A stretch of DNA of 64,000 nucleotides from Haliotis cracherodii (taxonomy: Eukaryota). The translations under genes and the position numbers were made by a program. Location of the stretch: NCBI RefSeq assembly GCF_022045235.1, contig NW_027266271.1, positions 12,214,001-12,278,000 of the forward strand, in the 5' to 3' direction. The notes beneath the pieces were generated by a model. It was not told the DNA's origin, searched no databases, and worked only from the letters and a program-made list of their open reading frames with translations. Positions 52,470-64,000 of this stretch are shown here, one piece after another (within the stretch, counting starts at the first letter, position 1; every line of letters starts with the position of its first letter).

Positions 52470-52675
52470 GACATACTCATCCGTCTCTAGGACATAGCAT
52501 ACACGTCCGTCCCCAGGACGTGATATACTCATCCGTCTCTAGGACATAGCATGCACATCCGTCCCCAGGACGTCATATACTCATCCGTCTCTTGGACATA
52601 ATACACACATCCGTCCCTAGGACGTGACATACTCGTCCGTCTCTTAGGCATAAGACAGTCTTCCGTCTCCAGGAA
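52470..52675. repeat. 26-bp minisatellite with 52-bp dimeric higher-order unit
   Basis: atactcatccgtctctaggacatagc alternates with atacacgtccgtccccaggacgtgat. Confidence 0.85.
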
Positions 52676-53489
52676 TTCACTCACTCCTCCAGCTCACCAA
52701 CACAGGTTGTCAAACTAATGTTAAAATGTTTCATGAGGGCCTGTGTAATTTTGTCTTTTTCTATTGTCTATTTAAATCTTATCGGTTCTTTATTATCTGG
52801 CGAGCGTGATGATATTCCTGTAATCGTTGTTTCAAACACAAAAGACCTTGAGGTATCATATATAATCATGTAAAATGTCTTTTGATGAAATTTCCATCTG
52901 TGTCAAAGGACGAAAATCGTATTACAGTTAGTCGGAATTATCATGCCTCCATTAAATAGAAGCGACAAAAACATTTCCATAATCACAAGAAATCCCTTCT
53001 AAAAGCAGAGTCCTTGTACGAAAGTTGTTGGCGGACCCTGAACTCGTCTAAAGCTTCCCAAAAATATGCGACTGAGAAGAATTTTGTGTAATATCTTATG
53101 AAAGCGTAATTGAATTTGACTTGTATTAATTTCGGTCTATAACTAAACGCGGTTCAAGGTGCCGCTACTCGGTGTACAGAGTGACAGTAAGGTCGTGGGT
53201 TCGAATCCCGGGTTCACACGCATTATGACATAACTTGCCCGCGCTCAAGGGTTACGTACCTGAACGACAAAGCTGTAGTACGCTAGGCTATAGCTATTAG
53301 TCACGGTGGACTAAGGGTGACATAAATCACGCAAACATGCTTTAATATACGACATGTCTCCAGGATCAAAGATTAAATACAAACTAACGATATTTAAAAT
53401 TTGAAATTCGCTGCATTACAAAATTCAATTGTATGTTTTAAGAATACTATATGGTTGATTTCAAGGTTGAAATGTTTCTTGTTTCTTAG

Positions 53490-53757
53490 GGGGGAACGGA
53501 TGGCCCAGTCGTCTAAGGCTCGCTAGGGAGAGTTGCGTCCCTTGGGCAAGCCAGAAACCTATGATTGTGGGTTCGAATCTCGGTTCGCCCCGATTATGTT
53601 TCTAGGTTTATCAGGACCCTTTCCGTGCTCGTGGGTTTCAGCGAAGTGGTAAACGTCTGAGACCTGCATCACTTGGGGCTTTCCTCCCACATTAAGCTAA
53701 CACACCGCGATATAACTGGAATACTGTTAAAAGCGTCGTTAAACCCATTGCACTCAC
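53490..53757 (+). mobile_element. SINE family C, near full length
   Basis: 13-bp TSD tcttgtttcttag. Confidence 0.92.
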
Positions 53758-54162
53758 TCTTGTTTCTTAGCTGCATGAACAGACTCCCAACGGTCTATTC
53801 TTGTGGTATGAGTCCGGAGAAAATTAAGTAACTTCGGAAATTTGAAAATAATTGACAGCAAAGCCACATTCATGGCCGATTAAGGCCTGCCTGCCTGGAC
53901 ATTGACAGTCTCAAAGAAACACACGGAAGGTATATGCATCAAGGGGTTTCACATATTGGTAGGCAAAACAAACCCACAGTCAGACATGCGTCAATAGACA
54001 TCACACATTGGCAGTCTCCAACACCCAATTGAAACTTGTAGATCAACAGCCATAAAACATAATGAGTCTCATGACTTGATAATATTAAAGGAAAATTCCA
54101 TACATCATGTATTCCTTTAGGTAACCATTGGAAGCGTTCAGCGTGATATAATAATATTATTG

Positions 54163-56390
54163 TGTACAGATCAAAATATAAAATGAAGCAAAGAGGGTTT
54201 GGGTGATCCTTGCACAGTCAGGCTGGTTAGGCTCATCTTCGGCTCTGGGCCCTTGCCCCCTCTCCACGCAGCCCAGGGAGCGAATGGGACTTCTCCCAGG
54301 AAGCACTGCCTCGTCAAACCCACCCAGAACTTTTGGAAGAATTTGGAGACTCCCCCAAACTGCAGCCTTCTGCATTACCCAGATTGTCAGAGTGGATGTA
54401 TTCCTGGCAGCAAACCCGGTTACTCTCCCAATCTAAGTCGCCGAGGACAATGGGGAGTCCGACAACTTGGTACTTGGACAATGCAAGCGTGAAATTTAAA
54501 AATCGAGGTCTGCATATTTGCCATGTTTTCCCGTATCTTGTCTATCACATCAGTGTCAAAAGGGGAATTCAATGATATAAATTATTTCATTGGATTTATC
54601 AAAAGGACAAGATCAGGTTTGTTGGCCTGGATAGGTCTGAGGCTGTGTACGTACCTATTCGAATGAATTATATATTTATCATTTCCCATGACGCCCTCTA
54701 CATAGTCTTCATGGATGGACCTCTGTGTCCAAAACCACAAGCATGGCGAAGACGGAAATAAAATGATCGGCCTACACCATCATGTCGATTTAGATACTGT
54801 GTTTGTGCCAAAGAGGGGCATCCACTGATAATATGTTGGACAACCTCATTAAAATAATTACATAATCTACATTTCATATTTACATTTTGATGTAAAATCA
54901 CACATTGACGGTTTCGAGTGGGAGGTGACTGGTCCTGAGCAGCAAACAGAAAGCCTTCTGTTTCACTTTTCAGGCCAGTCGACTTCATCAAAGCGAAAGA
55001 CTCTACAGGGTTGCTGATCTTCTCAACACACTGCACATAAACTCGATGCAGCGGTCGTTCAGATAGCCTCTACTTGAAAAAGGGCCAATTTGATATGACA
55101 CTTCACTTGGTTGACACTCATTACTGTACCGTCCAGCAGTACAGAACCATCAACAAAATCCACATTGACATTGAAGTTATGTCCCACATCCTTGGCTCGT
55201 TTAAGACCTTCACAAGAGGATCATCAGACAAATACATGTGTGCAAAAGTGCACAATACAATACTGTCGCAAAGAGACTCCACATTAATGAAACCACGCCT
55301 TCCTATCATAATTGGTAAATATAAGCGATTGAGGGAAGATCTATCTATTGTCTATTATCTGACATGATTCTTCGCGAATTTTTTCTTTCGTCCAATCACC
55401 AACACCAAAAGAGGATGAAAGGACGGGTACAGCATCAGTATTTGTGGCTTTAATTTTTATTGCGAGCGTTCAGCTCTGAACTCCATATTTTCTTAAGTCT
55501 ACATTTGTATTCTGCCCGAAGTTTGTCCTTGATATGGGCATTCTGGAGTTTGTCTCTAATCTGCATCCCTAAGTACGTATAGGCCTGAGCTTCCACGAGA
55601 TGGTCAATAACTCCCCCTCCAAGTAAACTGACTGATCCTCCTTCTTCTACCTTGCCACGTTTCAGACGAAGAATGTTGCATTTGTCGAGTCCAAAGGACA
55701 TGCCGATATCATTAGAATAGGACTGGATAAGCAGAATCTGTTTTTTGAGTGTGAATCCTCCATTGGCAATAAGTTCAAGGTCATCCATGTAAAGGAGGTG
55801 AGTAAGGGGTGTTGGGGATCTGTGCTGAAGAGGTCCCGGATAATAACCTTCCTCTTTGCTGAGGAAAAAGCTTAAAGGATTTAGTGACAAAGAGAAAGGC
55901 AAAGGGCTAAAATAACCGCCTTGAAATATTCCTCTTCTAATAGAAATGGGTTCCGAAGTCACTACCTGCCCCTGCGAATACATCTCAAATTGAGTTGACC
56001 AGCAATTTATTAAAGACTGAAGTAAAACAAGAAGTCGCTCGGGGAGGTCAATACATTCCATTGACTTCAAAATCAATTCGTTAGGTGCAGAATAATATTT
56101 TCTGAACCAGTAATTGATCCTTACAGCCCCAACATCCCTTTCTGGCTTCTTTCTGTTCCATGTAAATAATGTCATTGGATGCGCAGTATGATGACACAAT
56201 ATGTGTTAGACACCCTGTAAATATTTTGTATTGTGTATTCAGACAAGTCATAGATCGGAAGTTTTGGGGATCAGTCAAATCACCTTTCTTTGGGAGAAGT
56301 ATTGTTTGCCCTCTGCACAACCAAGGCGGAACATCCCCTGTATCCACAAGAGAATTAAAACAGTGAAGTAGTGGTGTTTGGACACAAGGG
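54163..56390 (-). mobile_element. R4/Dong-type non-LTR retrotransposon, longest relic (RT, zinc knuckle, restriction-like endonuclease, 3' UTR), frameshifted and 5'-truncated
   Basis: LLPKKGDLTDPQNFRSMTCLNTQYKIFT, RRGIFQGGYFSPLPF, THLLYMDDL, DIGMSFGLDKC, YTYLG, SELNARNK, CRLC..HIISGC..RHDGV and ANKPDL motifs. Confidence 0.93.
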
Positions 56391-59300
56391 AACTGGTTTA
56401 AGGCGCCGCATTTCGTTGTGAAGAGTTGCGTCCCTTGGGCATGGCGTGATCCGGGCACTGAGCATTGGTTCTAATTCCAGATTAAATGTCTACAGAGTAC
56501 GTTTGTTTTAGCTTTCTTCCTTTCGTTGTGTATCTGAAATGTGTTCACTGTAGCGTTAAATCTAATTCACTCAATCGTGTGTAACTGTATCTGTGGAAAT
56601 AAGAGGAAGTCACCAATCGCTCTTGCATACACATGTATATCTACTCGACGCACACAACTATGACTATATTAATGGCCTGTGGCGACATGGCGTCTTTGGA
56701 TTAATCCATACAAGGTCATTCTGGGAAGAGTCGACCTCATGCAAATTCAAAACATTATCCCAAGGACGTCCTAATGTTTTTCACCAAATGACATTCGCAA
56801 TTGTTTAACACATTTTGCTCCTGCGTGTTTTCAAGTGAACGAAATGCACCTTTTCCAGCGTGAGGGAGAGCGCCGTGTTAGACACCACGAGACGTTTATA
56901 CACCTAGTGAATGAGTGCGTATGGTTTAATGTCGCTTTTTAGAAATATTCCAACAACAGGCACCAGAAAATGGCTTCACACATTGTATCCATTGTACATT
57001 TCCTTTAACAGTTTGGCAACCACACTGCCGTTTTACGCTTTAGAATGCACAAAGGATCCTCATTCGTACCAACTATCTCTTCCATGGTTTCAAATTCATA
57101 TTGAGAAATCAGGTATATTAAATTTCAAAGATTAAATGTATATGTTTATTATGGCCACTATTCAAAATACCCATTCGCACCAAATAAAAGTAAAGTTAGG
57201 TAAGTTAACGAATATTTTGAAATGTTATTTTGTTTGTGAAGTCGATATATTCGCTCTCCTTCTGAAGGTGGTTAAAGAGGCCCATTGTCTGGTGTCATCC
57301 GCCGTAATATCACTGGAATATTGCTCAACGGGGCGTAAATCACTATTAACAAACCCACATAAAAACCATGGTTCAAACTACCTTTGCATTTCGTAGATCA
57401 AACTGTCACTCAACATTGCTTGTCAAATAAAACATTCGCGTTTCTTAATTATTATATTTAATTGAATTCTAATTGATTTCTATCACTTCTTTAACTTAGG
57501 ATTAACTAAGAAAACAATCCCACGCCATCGCTCATCTGCTAGACCCTTCAATGCCAACACTTAATCTGACATGCAGATAACAAGATAAATAAGTCGAAAC
57601 ACTGAATGTGAGTACTGATAATTTCAACGGAAAGTTTGTGCATTTCCCAATTTATATGCAACCTCACCTGAAGTCCTTCTTTGTATTTCCTTTAAAATCC
57701 TACATAGCCAACTTTGGAGCATCATGTATCGGTCTGGAACTACTGTTATGATAATATACAAACCATCAACATGATAAATACGCAACATCATGTTGTAAAC
57801 ATGTTTGCCTTCACCCTGTATTTAACCATAAACGCGGAAAAATCATTGTCTGTCAAACTAAAGCACAATTGCCACACGTCAACAGCAAGGTCGTTCACGC
57901 CTAGACAATTTTCACTTACTTGATCACTGTATTTTCAACTGTTTTCGTGCGAAATGACGTCACCAGACAGTCTGAGTGTGTTTACATACATGTATTTTTA
58001 TATATAGTTGCAGCGGAAGTTCAGTTGATTTGTACTTTTCTGCTCGATATAAAGCCATACAAAATTAGTCACCTGTGTGAGAACTTCAGTTTATTCTTGT
58101 AAGTTCATCTCTCCACTTTAAATGTATGGGACCAACTCCTTTATATCTTATGAAATTGGATACATTGGAGGATTATCTTAAATTAAATATACCACTTTTT
58201 CAGTTGAAGCAAGAATGGTCCAAATGTATGAATGCCTGGTACCTACAAAGCAATAGCGTCATATAGAGGCTTCAATACGGTGTCGTGTCATCTGTTTCAG
58301 GCTGGCATTACAAAACATCTGCACTGTCCATTAGTGTCTCCATGTTTCAAACATTATGGTCATAGGCAAGACAACAAAGACGTTCAAGTTTACAACTTGT
58401 CGTGACAATAAACTGATAATGGCTTAATTCTAACGAGAATTACTATGCGCATATAAGTAAGTGAAATATACGAAAGTGAATAAGGAGATTGGAAAACATC
58501 AAAGATATTATTCAAAAGATAAATTTGACAAACAAAATACGAAAATCCTTACAGTGAAAACCCTCTCTGTCTCCATTACAGTGAGTGTGGTTTTGCTCAT
58601 CAAAAACATTTCTTATTCATAAGTTAAGTTTCTCTATAATTTGTTCTTTGTCAGATTTGGGTCGTCGGGGGAAGCTTAGTAGTTAAAGCGTTGGCTCGTC
58701 GCGCTGAAGACCCTGGTTCGATTCCCCGTAAGGGTACATTACTGAAGCCCATTCTTTGTGTCCCCCGCCGAGATATGGCTACAGTATTTCTAACGCGTCG
58801 TATATCACAACACACTCACTCTTTCACGTATTTTTTCTTTTGTTATGTTCTATTCAATCTTCTCCAAAATGACACTCCTACCAGTCATGTTGGACAGTCA
58901 CGATAGAGTATTCTTCATTCTGATGACAGGATATCGAAAAAGGTGAATGATGATGATTATGTACTGAACCTGTAAACTAAAGAAATCTAAATCCAATTTC
59001 ATCCTAACTATGATGTTATTGGACACATTATTATTCTTTGTCATAAACACGCACGTAAGACGTAAAGTCGTGATCAAATCTATTTGTCATTTAGCATTGA
59101 AAAGTTTTACCATTATGTTTTTTAATGTAGAAATATTCAGCCAATGTACAATATCAAATCCGATTGCCTAACAAGATTGATTCTCATGAAACAACAACAC
59201 AGTTCATCTAAATTCGTCGTTGCGCGGCGCATATGACATCCCGAATAACAGTTGTGTAATGATGTTATCAACATTGACCCGGGATGGACTCTAAGACTTG

Positions 59301-59904
59301 CTTTCTTTCGAGAGAGATGCTGCTCCATAGATATCTGGATCCCATTTGTATTGATTGAATTGGAACTTTTTAGAATGAGATCAGACTCCCGAGGCAAGGT
59401 TCCTGCAGTACACTAAGATGATCCAGAAACATTTGGACAGTTTTGTCGGGCTGCCGACCCAGGTAATTTTGCTTTCCAGACATTTGAAGTTTAATGAAAT
59501 GTTAGCGTCGTTTTGAAAAAAAGCCTCTTTCAGAGCCTACATGTGTCATATGACACTGAACAGTTAAGGTGAGAAAATGTGGCGCATTAATTAACTGAAA
59601 CACAAAGACGGAAAGAATATTTGTTGAAGATGCAAAAAAAAAGGAATAAGCTTCCATGAGACAAGGGGTCAACACGTCAAGTGTTTCATATGAGAATTTG
59701 GTCTTCTGGTTAAATTATGCACTCTTGGACAGGTGGATCCAAAGACTTGGCCGTCCTGAGCAATAGTCTCCCCTACATTCCTGTCCATCATCTGCCATCG
59801 TAGCATTTCAAACACACCATTTCATCAAATCCCCTATGTGTTATGCCACGTGTTCTCGTGTTTTTGTAGGTGAACAATTGACTTGAATTTGCATGTGGTT
59901 GTGA

Positions 59905-60015
59905 CGAGAGTGACACTGGTCGTAAATCGTAACTCGATTCTGCGTTTAGCAGATACTTCTTATGAAACATGATGGAAACATGATGGAAATGGTTTTGTCG
60001 CCAGTTAATATACCT
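59905..60015 (-). repeat. Module M copy (paralogue of the 42930 copy)
   Basis: Reverse complement: gcgacaaaaccatttccatc...ttcataagaagtatctgctaaacgcagaatcgagttacgattt. Confidence 0.7.
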
Positions 60016-60632
60016 TTCAATATATAGTCATATTAAATCAACACATACATTGAAACCTCTTTAACACGATGCCACGACCATGTACCCGTATTTCGAGTCA
60101 AGCAAGCTCCGAAGGGGTTATACACCCAAATAACCATTAAGAATCTAAACGTTATTTATCTGATCTTAGTTTTGAATTACCTCAAAAGAGGATCACGAGC
60201 ACCTTAATCCCCTACGCTCTGTCAGAATAGAATTAACATGTCTAACGATTTGATAATACACTAATACCCCCTTACATCAAAAGCTTGTTACAAGTAACTT
60301 TAATAGATGAATCCATGTGAAGTTAGCCTTCAGGGAGAAATTATAACGCCTTTGTTAACCAGAACGCTGATGCAAGAGTTTAATCAACAGTTTCAATCTG
60401 TCAGCGACAGATTTTGCCAATGTAAGGTCAGTACATGAGAACCGAAGCTTGCTCTGCAAAACGAGGATTCAATAGGCGCTTAACTGTTTTCTTTGCGGTC
60501 AACCCTAGCGCTAGATCGTTTAAGTACAGTTTATGAGAGATCAATGTAAAGGACTAAAGTGCAAGTGGAATTCTAGATAGGAAAACTTGCAGTACACTGA
60601 ACTGACTGTCCTTCATATTAAGCCTTAAAAAT

Positions 60633-60662
60633 CACTTATACAGCGACGTGCATGCATGCACG

Positions 60663-60706
<44 letters not shown>

Positions 60707-60926
60707 TGCGTGTGTGGCTGCTTGTAATAATCTGATGCCGACTTTATAGTGCTAGCCCACTGAGATACCTCACCATGAATACCCCACCCAGACACAGTAT
60801 ACTGACTCGGAGCCGACCACTCCTTGTTTCAACAAAGATTACCATGATTTGTAAACTCTTTTGGTACGAAGAGGCCGGGGATCGCTCTCCGTGCAGATGT
60901 TGTACCACTAGACCACGGAGGCGGTC
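60633..60926 (-). mobile_element. SINE family A subfamily with expanded internal (CA)n
   Basis: (TG)n at ~60667-60716 sits inside the 3' part; same variant (tttgttgaaacaaggagtgg) as the copy at 22995-23105. Confidence 0.85.
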
Positions 60927-60954
60927 TGATGAGCATTATGATGATGACGATGAT

Positions 60955-62292
60955 GAAATCAGTCTGTTCCTTGGGGGAGAAGTTATTGACCTTGAGGAAC
61001 TCCAGGTCTGTAGGGATGAAGGTGAGAGACAAAATCAAGACTTCCCATATAAAGCAAATACTTCGGGCAGAATACAAATGTAGACTCGCTTATATTTATC
61101 CATTATAATGGGAGGGTGTGGTTTGATTAACGTTCAGGCGCTTCGTGACACAATTGTATTGTGAACTTTTGCACACATTTATTTGTCTGAGATGTTAAGC
61201 ATGCTTAGACCCATAATGAAAACAAGGCATTCCCCTGTTTTCTTAAACGAGCCAAGGATGTGGGACATATCTTAATGTCGGTGTTGATTTTGTTGAAGGT
61301 TCTACACTGCTGGACGGTACAGAAATGAGTGTCAACCGAGCAAAGTGCCATATCAAGTCGGCCCAGACAAGGAGAGCTTACCTGAACGAGCACTGTATCG
61401 AGTTTATATGCAGTGAGTTGGGAAGATCCGCTTCCCTGCAGAGTCCGTCGCTTGGATGAAGTCGACTGGCCTGAAATGTGAAACAGAAGGCTTTCTGTTT
61501 GCTGCTCAGTACCAGTTACTTCCCACTCGAAACCGTCAATGTGTGATTTTGGATCAAAATGTAAACATGAAATGTAGATTATGTAATGAATTTAATGAGA
61601 CTGTCCAACACAATGTCAGTGGATGCCCAGCTCTGGCACACACAGTATCTTAAGCGACAAAATGATGTTGTTCGATCATTTTATTACCGTCTTTGCCATG
61701 CTTGTGGTTTTCATACAAAGGTCCATCCATGGTACGCCCCGGAGTATGTAGAGGGCGACATGGAAAATGATGAATACAAAATTGTTTGGAATAGGCCCGT
61801 TTACAGCCTCAGAAGTATTCAGGCCAACAAACCTGATCTTGACCTTTTTGATCAATCAAATGAAACCATTATATCATTGGATTTTCTGTCCCTTTTGACA
61901 CAAATGTGATTCGAAAGATTCGTGAAAAACAGGGCAAATATGCAGACCTCGATTTCGAAATGACACGCTTGCATTGTCCGACTCCCCATTGTTCTCCGTG
62001 CTTTAGGCTTAGTACCTCCCAATCTGTTGACTGACATTGGGAGAGTACCCGAGTTTGCTACCAGGAATACAGCCCTTCTGACAATCTTGGTAATGCAGAA
62101 GGCTGAAGTGTTTGGGTGTTTTCAAATTCTCCGAAAAGTTCCGGGTGAGTTTGAATCGGCAGCGCTCCCTGGGAGAAGTCCCATTCGCTGTCTGGGCTGT
62201 GTGTAGAGGGGGAAAGGTCCCCGAGTTGATGACAAGACTAATCAGCCTGCCAGGATCACCCAAACCCTCTTTGCTGCATTTTTATTTTAATC
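60955..62292 (+). mobile_element. R4/Dong-type LINE 3' relic with internal deletions, ending at (TAA)n
   Basis: MKSTGLKCETEGFLFAA, CRLCNEFNETVQHNVSGC, KIVWNRPVYSLRSIQANKPDL; (TAA)n at 62296-62345. Confidence 0.9.
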
Positions 62293-62293
62293 T

Positions 62294-62350
<57 letters not shown>

Positions 62351-62469
62351 TAAATAAAAAAAAAGAATTAGAAGAAGAAAAAGAATAAGAATAAAGTCAT
62401 GAGGCTCATTATGTTTTATGTCAAATATTTTCACATTTCAGAAGTAATTTCATTTCCTCCGGTCTTATA

Positions 62470-62655
62470 TCTCAAGAATAGACTGTTAGGAGGACATTGG
62501 GAACAGTTTGCGCTCGATGTTCATTCTCAGTTCCCTGGTGACGCTAGCCCGTGTGACGCTAGAGGATTATCATATCATCCTACCGGGTACCCATTCACTG
62601 TTGGGTAAATAGAGGCACATTTCGAACAAGGTCACTTGCCTTTGGGGACACCCCA
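62470..62655 (-). mobile_element. CORE-type SINE fragment
   Basis: cgggtacccattcactgttgggtaaatagaggcacatt is the reverse-complement homologue of 3487-3524. Confidence 0.6.
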
Positions 62656-63462
62656 TGTGGACGGTACATGTACGTCATCAGTCAACTCTCAAACGTGGTT
62701 GCTATGCCATCCACCAACTCCTACACGTAGACACTATGTCATCCACCATTCTAACACATGAATGCTATCATATCCACGAACTCCGACCCATGGACACTTT
62801 GACATCCACAACTCCAGCACGTTGACGTCATGACATCCAGGTACTGAGGCACGTGGACGCTTTGAGGGTAATCAGTCGACCATGTTTCGATAAATCATGT
62901 ATACCATTTCCTGAACGCGTATTTTATTTCCGAGTTTCAATGACATTACGTTTTCATTCATCCATAAGATAGTCAAATTGCCAGCAAAACAATGAATATG
63001 TTTTGAAGTACAATCTGCTTTATGAAACCAGTTCAGTATCTCTGAAATAAATTATTTCTAATTACATTCAAGTTACATGGGTTGTATACAATCGATCAAT
63101 GAATCGTTACATAATTGGAAAACATTAATAAATACACTTAAAAATCATTTTATTCATAAAGTAACTGTCTTACCACTCATATTGGAATTTATTTAACTGC
63201 GATAGTAATGTGTATATATCTGTATATATGATTTATTGAATTGCCAAAATACGTCAGAACTGATCGTCTTATAGATCAATTAACAATTTACAACCTACGT
63301 GAATTTACATTCATCCAAAACCAGACACTGTGGATCTGTCCAATTCGTTACATTTGATATTGAACAGTTACACAGTTCTGATCATTGACATATATAAGAT
63401 AGCTTCGCGATAAATCGCAAATAAAAATAAAGAACTAAACGTGGTTAATTTCATGATAAATC

Positions 63463-63722
63463 GGCCCGTGAAGATCCAGGGAAAAATAGGTCTTCAGCAA
63501 CCCATGCTTACCGTAAAAGGCGACTTTGCCTGTCGTAAGAGGCGACTAACGGGATCGGGTGGTCAGGCTCGCTGACTTGGTTGATGCATGTCATCGATCC
63601 CAATTGCGTGGATCGATGCTCATGTTACCAATCACTGAATTGTCTGGCCCAGGCTCAATTACGTACATACCGCCGTCATATAGCTTGAATATTGCTGATT
63701 TCGGCGTTAAACAACAAACAAA
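63463..63722 (+). mobile_element. SINE-like family D, full length
   Basis: Aligns with 2462..2720; flanking atgataaa on both sides is a possible TSD. Confidence 0.9.
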
Positions 63723-64000
63723 TTATGATAAAACAGTGTTCTATTATGGCGTCATTTCTGAAGATTCGAGCATGCGCTCGCAACTTGATGACGTTATTTT
63801 GTAGAGGAAAGTGTCTAGGGCGATAAACGTAATGGCCGAACAATCGCATCCAAAAGTGGAAGAGATTGGCAAGCGGTATTGGGGAAAAAGAGCAGATAAT
63901 CGACGTGACAATTGTGAAAATATCCGAGAAGTACCAAACTTAATCCCCCTGTTCATACTTGTCCGACATTGCCGAGTCATCATCATTATTTAAATACGGG

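Larger units (their letters stand above)
56390..63390 (-). repeat. Right arm of inverted segmental duplication
   Basis: Reverse complement of 39030..48320 with arm-specific indels. Confidence 0.88.

Overview
This is AT-rich, repeat-dense eukaryotic (animal) DNA. The SINE repertoire suggests an invertebrate, probably a mollusc, but that is inference. No intact protein-coding gene was recognised, and the long ORFs in the track are minisatellite read-throughs or retrotransposon relics. Content: (i) five relics of one R4/Dong-type non-LTR retrotransposon (RT, CCHC knuckle, PD-(D/E)xK endonuclease); (ii) two Tc1/mariner transposase relics; (iii) dozens of copies of five SINE-like families, several with clear target-site duplications; (iv) MITEs and palindromic elements; (v) a Penelope-type terminal fragment with a minimal hammerhead ribozyme carrying a U3-A8 core variant; (vi) five minisatellites and three N gaps. 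The largest structure is an old inverted segmental duplication (~39.0-48.3 kb vs ~56.4-63.4 kb). An unannotated ~150-350 bp module with a TATA-Inr-splice-donor layout recurs at nine loci between 22 and 60 kb and seeded a 96-bp minisatellite. All alignments were done by eye, so boundaries and identities are approximate.
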